From an uncultured Methanosarcinaceae archaeon (GTDB taxonomy: Archaea > Halobacteriota > Methanosarcinia > Methanosarcinales > Methanosarcinaceae), in the NCBI GenBank assembly GCA_963847185.1, contig CAWJYV010000008.1, forward strand, positions 1,024,001 to 1,088,000: 64,000 nucleotides of DNA, written 5' to 3'. Positions 53,976 to 64,000 of the stretch are shown here, one piece after another (the first letter of the stretch is position 1; the number at the start of each line of letters is the position of its first letter). The notes beneath the pieces are model-generated. The model made no database searches and was not told the DNA's origin. It saw only the letters and a program-made list of their open reading frames with translations. The position numbers and the translations under genes are program-made.

Positions 53976-54170
53976 TTAGAATTTTTTACTTTTCCGTTTC
54001 GCGTAACACTCCCTGCAATAGACAGGTCTATCAGGGTCCGGCTCGAAGGGTACCTCTGTTTCCTGATCACATTCAGAACATTTTGTTGTGTACATCTTTC
54101 TTGGTTCTATATCTGAATCTCGGCCTCTGCTGAAACCTTGATCCTTACTCTGGAAACCTTTTCGCTCCAT
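53976..54170 (-). CDS. CxxC-x17-CxxC zinc-ribbon protein
   Basis: CSECDQETEVPFEPDPDRPVYCREC. Confidence 0.9.
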   Translation of the reverse strand: MERKGFQSKDQGFSRGRDSDIEPRKMYTTKCSECDQETEVPFEPDPDRPVYCRECYAKRKSKKF

Positions 54171-54788
54171 TATATTTTCCCCTATACTATTTCCCCTAAA
54201 GTCACACTCAAGAGATCACCAGATATTCAAAAAGCAACCTAGATAAAAATAAAATTCTTTCCGGAGAACCCTGATGAATTAAATGAGTAATTAATATCTG
54301 CTACAATAATATTTATTGTTGTTTATTTTGATATTTTTACTGGTGCTTTACTTGATAATTTAAGTCTTTCAAAACTTTACTTATGCTTATGGTTGATCTG
54401 CAATTGACATTTCTCAGTTTATATTTCTGAAATGAGATCTCATTAAAAAGCCAAGGTATAAAATGGTGTTTAGAATTGAAATGAAGCCTTTAGTAAGTTT
54501 GCTATTACCTCCTCTGACCAATTTTTAAATTAAATAGTGGAGCTATTAAAAAATGTCAAAATTTCACTAAAGGCATTATTTCATGAAAAATGAAGGAGGT
54601 TTGGAGCCTCCTTATTTCTAGTCAAATGGAAAGACTGCCTAACTTCCTCTGACTGGTCACATTCTCTGTAACAAATATAAATTGATGTTGACTCCTGAGG
54701 AATAGTGATCTTCTTGCCATTAATTATTCAGAAGTTTAGACAAATTTACTTTAACTGTTTTCCCATTTGATAACTTGCCTTAAAAAAC

Positions 54789-54977
54789 TTATTTCCCTTG
54801 GAATTCCTTGCTCACATCTGCAGCGTTTGTATATTCCCTTTCTGGAAGGTCCTCAAGAACCTGAATTACCTTGTCGCTGGCTTTGTGACTCTTAGCATGC
54901 TTAATAAGATCCTTCTTATGTACAGGATAGTCAATATCCTTCAAAGCTTTCTGAACTTCAATCGGACTTGTTAGCAT
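54789..54977 (-). CDS. DUF2795-family small protein
   Basis: QKALKDIDYPV.K.DLI..A...V...L..LP.REY....DV; GGGGG RBS. Confidence 0.85.
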   Translation of the reverse strand: MLTSPIEVQKALKDIDYPVHKKDLIKHAKSHKASDKVIQVLEDLPEREYTNAADVSKEFQGK

Positions 54978-55129
54978 AAAATTTCCCCCTATTAATTATA
55001 TTCTCAAATTCTACGCTGATATTATTATCAGTACCTGAATAACTTCTCAGAAGATCTTGTGTGAACTTCTGTTGCATAAATTCTAGCCGTATTCCCGAGC
55101 AAATTTACTTGAAAAAATATGTTCAGTAA

Positions 55130-55365
55130 ATTGGTACTCTTTGGCTTCGGCTGCCCAGATACGTTTGCTTTTCAAACGTTCGATTTCTCTGGTGACCATT
55201 ACCAGGAGTCTTATACTCTATTTCAGATATCCCCTTTAGAAGATCCAGAACATCGTTGCTTGCCTGTTTTCTTTCAGCAAACCTAATGAGGTCATCTCTG
55301 CTTGCCGGATAACCTTTGTCCCTGCGAGTTATGAACTCCTTAACCTCGCATGGACCTCTTTTGAT
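55130..55365 (-). pseudogene. Degenerate DUF2795 paralog
   Basis: Minus-strand fragment GYPASRDDLIRFAERKQASNDVLDLLKGISEIEYKTPG; GGAGGTG RBS upstream, but start and frame are disrupted. Confidence 0.6.
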
Positions 55366-55846
55366 GAATTCACCTCCCTAGATTCAGGTAGCTATTACCG
55401 TTCCCATTTAGTTGCCCACCCTCCAATGAGTATTATGTGAGGTATAATATAAAAAAGAATTCAACCCAAACGTTTGTTAGAAGATAACTAGTTAGGTCTG
55501 AAAACTCTTTATTTTTTGGGAAATTGATGAAACCTGAAAAAAGGAGTCCAAGAGGAACTTACATTGAATCTTAGGACTCATGTGTATAATCTGGATCAAA
55601 ATAGGAGGATCAAAAAAAGACCTTCAGAACAGGTGATAAGTGATAAATGATACTCCATCAGAAAATGAGTTAACCACGTTTACAAAAAACTTTATTGAAA
55701 GAGACTGGATTTCAGAATTCTGAAAAGAAAAAAAGTGATATGTATTAGGTCTATAAGTCCTGATACTTACAATAGGTACTACTTTTTGGCAGTTAGCACT
55801 TCCCTTATAGAGATTATGGCCACAGTATCTGCAACAAAGCCGGGAT

Positions 55847-56533
55847 TCAGAAGAGTCCAATAATAAACATCAATAGACCTGAGAATACAGGAATTAAAAA
55901 ATTATCGTTAAGGAAAAACTTGAGCATCGTCTGAGAATTAAATTCTCTGATAGTCTGTAAATTTATAATACTTTCCAGTAGCATCCCCCCTGCAGAACCA
56001 ACAAGAGCCTGAGCAGGAGATACAAAAAAAGAAGAGGCAAAAAAGGCTCCAATAAGGCCTGAAATAGTTCCTTCTACGGTTTTTTGTTCAGAATAGGGAA
56101 GCTTATGCCTGCCTATCAAGACACCCATTGCTGTTGCTATTGAATCTCCGAATGCAACAATTGCAATCGAGGCATAAACAATATTTTCAGGAAACAATAC
56201 AAAAGAAAGGGTTATACCGCAAAGGAGAAGAATAGTCCCTTTAAACGGGACGGTCTGTTTTGAAGGTCTTCCCCACCTGCATAAAAAAGTAGATAACGAA
56301 CTGGGAAGTTTATTTGTTAGAATTATAACTGACATTATAACATAAAAAAGAATTAGAAGTAACAGGACGGTCAATGCCTTGTTACCGGCTATCCAAATTA
56401 AAGTAATTAAAACTATTCCTGTAGACAGGTGTATTAACTGACGCTCAACTTCACCTTTAAGAGAGGATTTCCGATCGGGATAATCACACTTTAAATTTGG
56501 ATTTTGCTCGATTACCATGAAATCACTCTTCAT
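55847..56533 (-). CDS. Dolichol/phytol kinase-like (CTP-transferase family) membrane protein
   Basis: RQLIH, FGDSIATAMG..IGRHK, KTVEGT, DNFLIP motifs. Confidence 0.85.
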   Translation of the reverse strand: MKSDFMVIEQNPNLKCDYPDRKSSLKGEVERQLIHLSTGIVLITLIWIAGNKALTVLLLLILFYVIMSVIILTNKLPSSLSTFLCRWGRPSKQTVPFKGTILLLCGITLSFVLFPENIVYASIAIVAFGDSIATAMGVLIGRHKLPYSEQKTVEGTISGLIGAFFASSFFVSPAQALVGSAGGMLLESIINLQTIREFNSQTMLKFFLNDNFLIPVFSGLLMFIIGLF

Positions 56534-57397
56534 GATCTAACTTCTATGACTCTATCTCATGGCCTTACTTCATGACATCATGCTCTTTTAAGAGTAACTA
56601 GAGTTATCTGACCAAATAACTTATAAAAAATAAAATTTTAGAATTTAATCCCTTTCTTTGTAACTATGCCTGATTAGAGATATGTCCTTAGATATATAAA
56701 TAGATACAGATGAAAATCCAGTATTGTAATAGATCACCAATCCGGCTTTTCAAGTTTGATCATTTCAGCAGAAATGCCGGTAAACTTTAAAGAGAGTCCA
56801 TATCAGAAAGAAGCTTGAAAAAAGGAAGCAATAGATCAAGGAATAATGAGCTAATGAATATCAATTCATGGATGAATAACTTGGTAAAGTTGAAAGACGA
56901 GAAGGCAAAATGCTTATGCCAAAAGTAGTCGTTTCTGATGGATATATCTTGCAATCTGTGTTAATACAGAAAAAACTTTTGAAGTAGGAGAAAATAATAA
57001 AGAAGTAAAATGAATTTAACAAAAAAATTTATTTTTCCATTAGAGGGTGACTTAAAGAAGCTTTTAAAGCGTTCAATTCGAATTCTTGATGTCAGAACTT
57101 ATGGATAATATCAGCATAAATTTGGGATAAACTGAGTCACCTTCTCTTTCCAATAAAAAAATAGAATACAGCTCCCAATACTCCGAAGATGAGAGTAACT
57201 ACTATCCACATAATTTTCGTCATATCGTTCAAGCTTCTGTTTTGAGTCAATGTGTCATAGACAACCCATATGAATGAAACAAGAGAAATTAACCCCCAGA
57301 TACTGAGTAAAATCAATAAGAAACCTCCTAAGATGAAAATAAGTTTTAAAGATATATAAATATCTTCAATGTTGTCAGATTAAAGAAAAGAAGTAAT

Positions 57398-58132
57398 TCA
57401 ATCCACGAGCGAAAAATACATTCTCCTATTGCTTTTCCCTTTGTTCTGAAGTTTCTCAATCTTAACCCCTTTTATCTCTCCCGTATTCTTCAAATGAGTT
57501 CCACCGCACGCCTCAATTGTTTCGTCTTCAATTTCAACAAGACGAACTTCACTGATCTCCTCGGAAAAGCCTTTGGCAAGGGTAGTAAGCCTTGAGAGTT
57601 TCTCTTCAGCTTCTTTTCGGCTGACAAGGTAAAGATTGACAGGATGATTCTGATCTATCACGTTATTTGCTATTTTCTCATATTCAATGAACTTGTCCCT
57701 ATCAAAAGCTTCAAGGCTGAAATCCACGCGACTTTGGTCAAGGCCTAGCTGATTTCCCGTAATCTGCGCTCCTGCTTCTCTTTCAATTACACTGGCTAAA
57801 ACGTGAGTTGCCGTATGCATCCTCATATGCCTGTAGCGGCGATCCCAATCAATAAATCCTTTTACCCTGTCTCCAGCTTTCAGGCTAACAAAAACATTTT
57901 CTACAGGAACTATTTCGTGACTTATTTCTCCATTGAACTTACCGACGTAAATAACTTCAAACTCAACCCCATCATTTTCCCGAATTAACTTTCCTGTATC
58001 ATTGGGCTGACCACCGCTTTCGGGATAAAAGGCCGTGCGGTCGAGGATAATATATTTGCTATCAGTTACTTTTTCAACAGTTGCTTCAAAATCTTTCAGG
58101 TAGCAGTCAAGAAAATAAAGTACTTCTGTCAT
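57398..58132 (-). CDS. alaXM: Alanyl-tRNA editing protein AlaX-M
   Basis: LDRTAFYPESGGQPND, HMRMHTATH, CGGTH zinc motifs. Confidence 0.93.
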   Translation of the reverse strand: MTEVLYFLDCYLKDFEATVEKVTDSKYIILDRTAFYPESGGQPNDTGKLIRENDGVEFEVIYVGKFNGEISHEIVPVENVFVSLKAGDRVKGFIDWDRRYRHMRMHTATHVLASVIEREAGAQITGNQLGLDQSRVDFSLEAFDRDKFIEYEKIANNVIDQNHPVNLYLVSRKEAEEKLSRLTTLAKGFSEEISEVRLVEIEDETIEACGGTHLKNTGEIKGVKIEKLQNKGKSNRRMYFSLVD

Positions 58133-58237
58133 TGTTAAACCTCTTTTTAAATTTCTTTTAAATGGAATTAAAAGTGTTATAATCAAAAGATCTCAATAAT
58201 AATATCAGGTACGGAATACTTCCTTAAAAGAATTTCC

Positions 58238-58300
58238 AAATTACACTCTCAAATTACACTCTCAAATTACACTCTCAAATTACACTCTCAAATTACACTT
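58238..58300. repeat. Tandem repeat, 13-bp unit (aaattacactctc), ~5 copies
   Basis: Directly visible upstream of alaXM. Confidence 0.9.
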
Positions 58301-58437
58301 AATGGGTTTCGAAAAGAAGACAAAAACGAAAAAGTATAGAGATTCTCCTGTACATTCTGAGCCTTACCTTACTTTTACCAAGAGAACTCCTGCGAACAAT
58401 AAAACAGCATAGATTAAAATTTCTCTAAAATTTAAAA

Positions 58438-59709
58438 TTAGAAATGAACTGTCACGTCCTTGTCAATCAAATTAATACTGGAAAGAAGTTTTTTCTGCTT
58501 TTTTTCGAGCTCTTCCCTTAAAGCAGTCAACTTTTTCTCAGAATTTTTGATATCTTCTTCAAGTAATCGAACTCTACTCAGAAGTTCTGACTCTTTATGT
58601 TCAAGTACGACAAGTTTTCCGGTATCTGAGCTTTCAAGTTCAGACTCCTTTGCTTCAAATTCCTGTAAAATTTCAAGGTATTCTTTTTTCTTTTCTGAAA
58701 AAACCGAGATTGCAGTCTGTACCTGGTGAAGGGCTTTTTCCTTTTTCTGAGTCTGTATATCCAGAGCATTATCTTCAAACGCCTTTTGAAGTTCCGGGAA
58801 AAAAGAAGGATCAACATGTATGGGATCTTCAAGACAGATGTCAAGCTGCTTCTTTACTTCGGGCTTTAAGGTGTATCTGGTACTTTCATGAAGCTTTTTT
58901 ATCCTTGAAAGATGGCCTGAAAGCGGAAGGACAAGAGAAATTAAGCCTGTCTCGGCTTTTTTGAGCCTGTCCTTGAGAGTATTAAATTCCTCCTGAGTCT
59001 TCTGTAATTTCTGCCACATATCCCCTTTCTTGAACTCTTCAAGCTCCTGATTAACCCTGGAAATGTCGTCCTTCAAAACCTGAACCTTTCTGCTTTTAGA
59101 CTCAAATTCGAGCCTTTCTGTGGTTATCGAAACTGAAAGTTCCTGGATATCTTTTATATCCGAAGACGCCGTTTCAATAGCTTCCGTTTCTCTCTTATTT
59201 TCCAGAACTGCCCTTCCAAGTTCGTTAAAAACCTGACCTAAACTGGCAAGGCTCTCACTAACCTCTTTCGATTCTTCAGGAAAAACACCTCTTGTATACC
59301 GAAAGCTCCTGTTCATATGCTCCAGACAAATATCGAGGTTCTGCGCAGATGTCTCATAGAACCCTTTAAGAATCCTGAAATCTTTGTTTTCCTGAACCCT
59401 AATTTTATCAATCAGCATTGAGACCTGTTTTGTCACATTTTCTCTATTACTCTTCGCTCTTTTTACAGCCCTTATGTCAAAGTCTCCCTCGACTTTTGCT
59501 TCCGCAAGCTTGGAGTTGCTTTCTTTGAGTGCCGACAGTGAAATTTCAAGCTCACTCAAAAGGCCGGAAATATCCTTTTCCATTCCGGAGGATATTTTTT
59601 GATAATTTTCATCCAGCCACGCAGGCAGATATTTAAAATCGATTTCTTTGAGACCTGTTTTTTCACTAAAACCTTCTTTTTTTCCGAAGAGCTTTTTAAT
59701 CCATTTCAA
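58438..59709 (-). CDS. Coiled-coil hypothetical protein
   Basis: 423-aa E/K/L-rich ORF with N-terminal amphipathic MKWIKKLFG. Confidence 0.75.
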   Translation of the reverse strand: MKWIKKLFGKKEGFSEKTGLKEIDFKYLPAWLDENYQKISSGMEKDISGLLSELEISLSALKESNSKLAEAKVEGDFDIRAVKRAKSNRENVTKQVSMLIDKIRVQENKDFRILKGFYETSAQNLDICLEHMNRSFRYTRGVFPEESKEVSESLASLGQVFNELGRAVLENKRETEAIETASSDIKDIQELSVSITTERLEFESKSRKVQVLKDDISRVNQELEEFKKGDMWQKLQKTQEEFNTLKDRLKKAETGLISLVLPLSGHLSRIKKLHESTRYTLKPEVKKQLDICLEDPIHVDPSFFPELQKAFEDNALDIQTQKKEKALHQVQTAISVFSEKKKEYLEILQEFEAKESELESSDTGKLVVLEHKESELLSRVRLLEEDIKNSEKKLTALREELEKKQKKLLSSINLIDKDVTVHF

Positions 59710-60034
59710 CCTTGACCTTCCCTGAATTTGATGAAATTATTAAGATATTTCGTTAATCCTTTGTTTGAAGAAATTATTAAATGTATTTCGTTAATCCTCA
59801 TACGTTAAAACTTATTCTATAAAGGTTTGTTCTATGCCAAACTATTCTGCATAAAAGATGGAATGGAAGAAATCATCCTTAACAATATAATTATTAAATT
59901 AATTAATGCAGTTTTTGTTGAGGACAAACCGAATTAATTAAGTAAACACCATACATAATAAACTATATAATAAAGATATATGGAAAGGGCTTTTAGTAAG
60001 TTTGTATAAAAGAAGAAAAACGAAGAGGGTAAAA

Positions 60035-60886
60035 ATGAGTGATGGAATAATGCAGCAAATAATTCCGTATACTGACATAACAGTATCGAGAATGAGCTTT
60101 GCAGTTATAGTGCTGGTTCTTGGCTTTATTATATCAAAATACATTGTTCACGCTTTCAGAAAAATAATTCAAAAAACAAAAATTCCAGACCTTACTGTTC
60201 ATTTTCTGACTAACTTTCTGAGTATTTTCCTCTATGTAATTGTTTTCCTGGCCTTCTTGAAGAGTTTGAGTTTTGATGTAGATAGTTATATAGTAGGAAT
60301 GTCCGCAGTGATAGGTCTGGTTTTAGGTCTGGGCATGCAGGATACTTTTACAAACCTGACTGCTGGTTTATGTATTGCGACAATCAGGCCCATTGACATG
60401 GGAGAAAACGTGACCTTAAATGGGCAAACAGGAAAAGTAAAAGCAGTAGGAATTATGTCAACCAACCTCTTAACATCTGATAATCAGCTCATAACAATTC
60501 CCAATAAACTTGTATGGGGAAATTCCATCATCAATATGACACGTATGCCTACCAGAAGAGTTTCGATTGATGTAGGGATAAGCTATTCATCAGACATCGA
60601 AAAAGCCATAATGATAGCCCTTGATCTTATGAAAAGAAATTCCCTTGTACTTCAGGATCCAGAGCCTTCAGTAACTATTCAAGAACTTGCTGCTTCGTCT
60701 GTAAATCTGCAGCTTGCGGCCTGGACGAAAACTGAGGATCTTGTGACTATAAAGAACAGCCTGACTGCAGAAATCTTTGAAGCTTACAAAAAAGAAGAAA
60801 TTGAGATGCCTTTTACCCAGATGGATATACATATAAAAGACATTGAAATTAAAAACAATGTAAAAAGTGACTTAAATAAAATATAA
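60035..60886 (+). CDS. mscS: Small-conductance mechanosensitive channel
   Basis: GLGMQDTFTNL.AG, RP...GE.V, IPNK.VW, GISYSSDI, IEMPF.Q motifs. Confidence 0.9.
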   Translation: MSDGIMQQIIPYTDITVSRMSFAVIVLVLGFIISKYIVHAFRKIIQKTKIPDLTVHFLTNFLSIFLYVIVFLAFLKSLSFDVDSYIVGMSAVIGLVLGLGMQDTFTNLTAGLCIATIRPIDMGENVTLNGQTGKVKAVGIMSTNLLTSDNQLITIPNKLVWGNSIINMTRMPTRRVSIDVGISYSSDIEKAIMIALDLMKRNSLVLQDPEPSVTIQELAASSVNLQLAAWTKTEDLVTIKNSLTAEIFEAYKKEEIEMPFTQMDIHIKDIEIKNNVKSDLNKI

Positions 60887-60958
60887 TTTGGTGGGATAAA
60901 TAGAAGAGGATAAGAACTGATCAGACTTCGGGCAGTTTCAACAGAAAAAGCCATTCTG

Positions 60959-61048
60959 GCTAGTGTCGCGTCGATCATCAAGAATTGAAAAATTCTAAAT
61001 GATTGTAATCGATTTTATACGATATTTTGCTGTCGACGTGACACTAGC
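60959..61048. mobile_element. 90-bp MITE-like element with 16-bp terminal inverted repeats
   Basis: GCTAGTGTCGCGTCGA ... TCGACGTGACACTAGC (15/16 match) around an AT-rich core. Confidence 0.6.
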
Positions 61049-61112
61049 ATGTGCGTTGAATAACTTGTCTTACTTCTTTTAAGCATTATCTGTATTTTCT
61101 TATGTATATTAT

Positions 61113-61475
61113 TTAGCAGGTTACATGGAACATTGCAGTGACTCTGCCTTCAAGTTCGTTCCAGCGTTCAATTGCCCAACCTGTCGGAAAGAGTTCTACC
61201 CCACATTTATTTTTCCTGAAAAAATCCTCAGCTTCTTCCGAAAGTTTCACAAAACCTGTCTGTCCTGTTCCGATAATGATTTTTTCTATTCCTTCTTCAT
61301 AAATGTGTTTTGCTTCTTCAAGCGAGATTTTGTGGGAAGTGCCGTAAACTTCCTTTGATAACGCTTTTTCCCTTTTTTCCACCTCTCCATTGAGCCGGAT
61401 TATAATATCATGGTCAAAGGTCTTTCCGTCCACAATAATCGAACCAAAACTAGTAGAATCAATCTTTGGCTTCAT
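61113..61475 (-). CDS. Mth938/DUF498-like protein
   Basis: FGSI.VDGK.F.HD, IIIGTGQTG, T..A...WN, FHVTC. Confidence 0.85.
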   Translation of the reverse strand: MKPKIDSTSFGSIIVDGKTFDHDIIIRLNGEVEKREKALSKEVYGTSHKISLEEAKHIYEEGIEKIIIGTGQTGFVKLSEEAEDFFRKNKCGVELFPTGWAIERWNELEGRVTAMFHVTC

Positions 61476-61821
61476 GTTTTACCTCGAAGTTGAGCTGAAA
61501 ACAAGATTTGATATTCTTAATTTTGTAAGAAAGGTAGCATAAACTGATTTATCAACTAAGCTAATAACCAATATCTCTAAATTAATTATAGCCGTAAAAA
61601 TTTTTCGGTAGCAACCAAAAAAGCTAAAAAATAAGGGAATGGTAAATCTTGAGCTTACCATGTTTCTCAGTTCGGTTTAACTATCTGATATGAGTTTAGC
61701 TGGATAATTTGCCATATCCATAAGAACCTTAAACTAACTCAGATATTTCCTTTCTACTGCATTTGAAATGCCGATCTAGGGCAGATCCGAGTGCCAGAGT
61801 TCAAATAACATAGATCCGGTT

Positions 61822-62745
61822 TTACACCTTTACCTCTGGGAGATTTAACATATGGATGCTACCAGAATCGGACCATACTACGACATTGCCGGAAATGACT
61901 GGTGTTTTTGCAGTGTTGCCAGAAGACAATTGCATACTCTTTCCGGTAGCTATATTATATACGTACACATCGCCCAAATCCATATTTGCAAGGTCATTGT
62001 GTTTTAAATATACAATTCTGTTATCACTTATATCAGTTGGACCACCGGTGTCGTAACCCGTCATATCATCACCGGTTGTGGCTTCTGTCTGTTGTTTGGT
62101 AGTAAGATCATAAATACGGACATTGCCCAGTCTGGTGTAAAAATCCGACCATATGACTTTGTTATCGTAAATATGTGAGAACATGTTGTCGCCATATTGA
62201 CTAGCATCTACTACTTTTTTTGTGGCAATATCATATACGTAAATCTGCGGAGTGTCTCCAGCAGAGTCTGATTCATATGATACTTTATTACCATAAATAT
62301 CAGGATTACTTCCAGTTGCTATTTTAATCTGTTTGGATGTAGATATATCGCTTACATAGACCCCAGAATTTGCACTCCATACAATTTTGTTGCCGTAAAT
62401 AGCAGGAATGCTGCTGCGGTCTACATCTTTTGTAATGTAAGACTTGGCCCTTGTGTTAATGTCAAATACAGTAAGTTTCGGCACTCCAGTACTCTCGTCA
62501 CGCCACACTAACTTGTTACCAGAGAGAGCTGGATGAGATGCTGCAGAAGAGCTAATTGTAATGTATTTTTTAGTTGTCAGATCATAAACGTGAACAATAC
62601 CAGAATCTGTCCACGTAATTTTATCATTATCGACAGCAGGTTCAGATCCGCTACCAATTTTTGTATATTGTGCAGCTGAAACCACTGTTGATATCAAAAT
62701 AAAAAATATAAGAACTGATGATATTGAAAGTAATTTACCGTTCAT
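61822..62745 (-). CDS. Secreted Methanosarcina-type beta-propeller protein (no anchor)
   Basis: Signal peptide and P.I.GNK.VW repeats; clear paralog of 16719-17693. Confidence 0.88.
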   Translation of the reverse strand: MNGKLLSISSVLIFFILISTVVSAAQYTKIGSGSEPAVDNDKITWTDSGIVHVYDLTTKKYITISSSAASHPALSGNKLVWRDESTGVPKLTVFDINTRAKSYITKDVDRSSIPAIYGNKIVWSANSGVYVSDISTSKQIKIATGSNPDIYGNKVSYESDSAGDTPQIYVYDIATKKVVDASQYGDNMFSHIYDNKVIWSDFYTRLGNVRIYDLTTKQQTEATTGDDMTGYDTGGPTDISDNRIVYLKHNDLANMDLGDVYVYNIATGKSMQLSSGNTAKTPVISGNVVVWSDSGSIHMLNLPEVKV

Positions 62746-63647
62746 TTGTCCCCACCATTTGCCTTACATAAAGCTGAAATTTTCAAGCTCAAATTTTTTC
62801 TGGTTTAAGTATAAAAATACGAATTAGATTAATTTTAATTTGTTGGGAAGTATTTAATTGCTTATTGATTTATTACATCAGTTATTATATAAATAGAACT
62901 GATCCCCAATATATAATTACAAATGTAAAATACCTTCTAATTATAGTTGCATTTCAATATTTATTAGGAAACCTTTGAATTTTGTAGTGACATGCTGACT
63001 ATTTTTAACCTGAATTCCTGGCCAATTTTGAAGTTTGTACCTGTCCTAAATAGCAAAGTAACAAAAGCATCGGATTTAATTAAGAGTAAGTCTTGAGTTC
63101 AAATATCACTTCTGTCAATGCTGGTTCGAGATTTACAGAAACTCAACCTTCAAAGGAAGTATGATGGATATTCATCTGGAGCTTCACTTCCGATCAGTAT
63201 AGTACTCAACACGCTCCTTCAGGAACAAAGAGCGTAACTCCTCAGGACGAGTCGGAATCCTAACCGCAATCTATCAGAATCATCTTTGATGGCATATAAA
63301 TAATATCTCCCGCAGGCAGGTGAAAATAGATATCGGTATGCTTTAGGAAAGATATTACTATTGAAATGGAAGAAAAAGAGGTAATACATTGAGACTCGCA
63401 TGAGACTTTCTATCTTCTCCCTTTTATACTGTCATATGGAGAACTCGATGATGTGGAAAAGTAACAGTTAATTATATCCTCAATTTCTTATACTGTCTAT
63501 GAATTTTTTATTTACTGAAACAGCGCTGAAAAGACCTTGAATCTCTCTGCCATAGTTTCCGTACGAGGTCTGACAAAAGTAATTCAAAGTCCTGTCGTGT
63601 ATGGAATCCCATAGAAGAAGTAAAACAGTAAACTGATATAAATAAAA

Positions 63648-64000
63648 GGTATTGGTACTTAAGTATTGGTATATATTATGAGTAACTATATTTCTGTATG
63701 AACTGTCCAAGATGTAAGAGTCCCGATCACAAAAAGAACGGTAAAGTTGATGGCCGTCAACGCTACAAATGCTCTGATTGTGGATATAATTATTCAGTAG
63801 AGCTAAAATCAACTGCTAGTTCCGCATCTGTTAAGAGACAGGCTTTACAACTCTATCTTGAAGGATTAGGTTTTCGCTCAATAGGACGTTTTTTGGGAGT
63901 AAGTCATGTTTCTATCCAAAAATGGATAAAGAAATTTGGTCAGGAGCTAGAGGAACTAAGAAGCGAAAATGAGATCTCTATTGTTGAAATGGATGAGATG
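63648..64000 (+). mobile_element. IS1-family element, left end and transposase start (CDS from 63698, truncated by window edge)
   Basis: MNCPRC...KNG...GRQRYKC..CG zinc finger, LYLEGLGFRSIGRFLGVSH HTH, EMDEM. Candidate IR starts GGTATTG at 63648. Confidence 0.88.

Noticed and set aside
55624-55860. 78-aa Cys-containing ORF downstream of the kinase-like gene
   Set aside because: No RBS or recognisable family, and it overlaps the upstream stop; cannot be supported.
63000-63640. Short ORFs (63219-63401, 63480-63812) near the IS1 end
   Set aside because: No recognisable motifs; the second is antisense to the IS1 transposase.
1-64000. Pyrrolysine (TAG) read-through genes
   Set aside because: None of the split genes is interrupted by an in-frame TAG; all breaks are frame changes.

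Overview
AT-rich archaeal chromosomal segment. Gene content (PGF-CTERM/PGF-pre-PGF surface proteins, Methanosarcina-type beta-propellers, eS1, Pcc1, Thi4, AlaX-M, IS1/IS701 elements) points to a Methanosarcina species. Housekeeping genes (thiC-like, type IA topoisomerase, rps3ae, RecJ-like DHH, pcc1, thi4, alaXM, mscS, three tRNAs) alternate with accessory blocks. Most notable: (1) a five-gene cell-surface locus (38.3-47.0 kb) that looks like a modular, cellulosome-like tethering system. One gene is a natural fusion of two others that has lost exactly the two domains predicted to dock them together, and dockerin-like tails occur on a small adaptor and on a nearby secreted cysteine protease. 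(2) Three tandem secreted Gly/Ser/Ala-rich repeat proteins (silk-like or beta-solenoid-like) with homologous signal peptides. (3) A small putative defence island (EVE-PD-(D/E)XK nuclease, Dna2/Cas4-like nuclease-helicase, decayed IS701). (4) An unannotated 46-aa (Pro-Glu)n peptide heading a TIR-zinc-ribbon operon. Four genes are split by single +1 insertions, which suggests sequencing error. Family assignments are from motif recognition by eye, without database searches.
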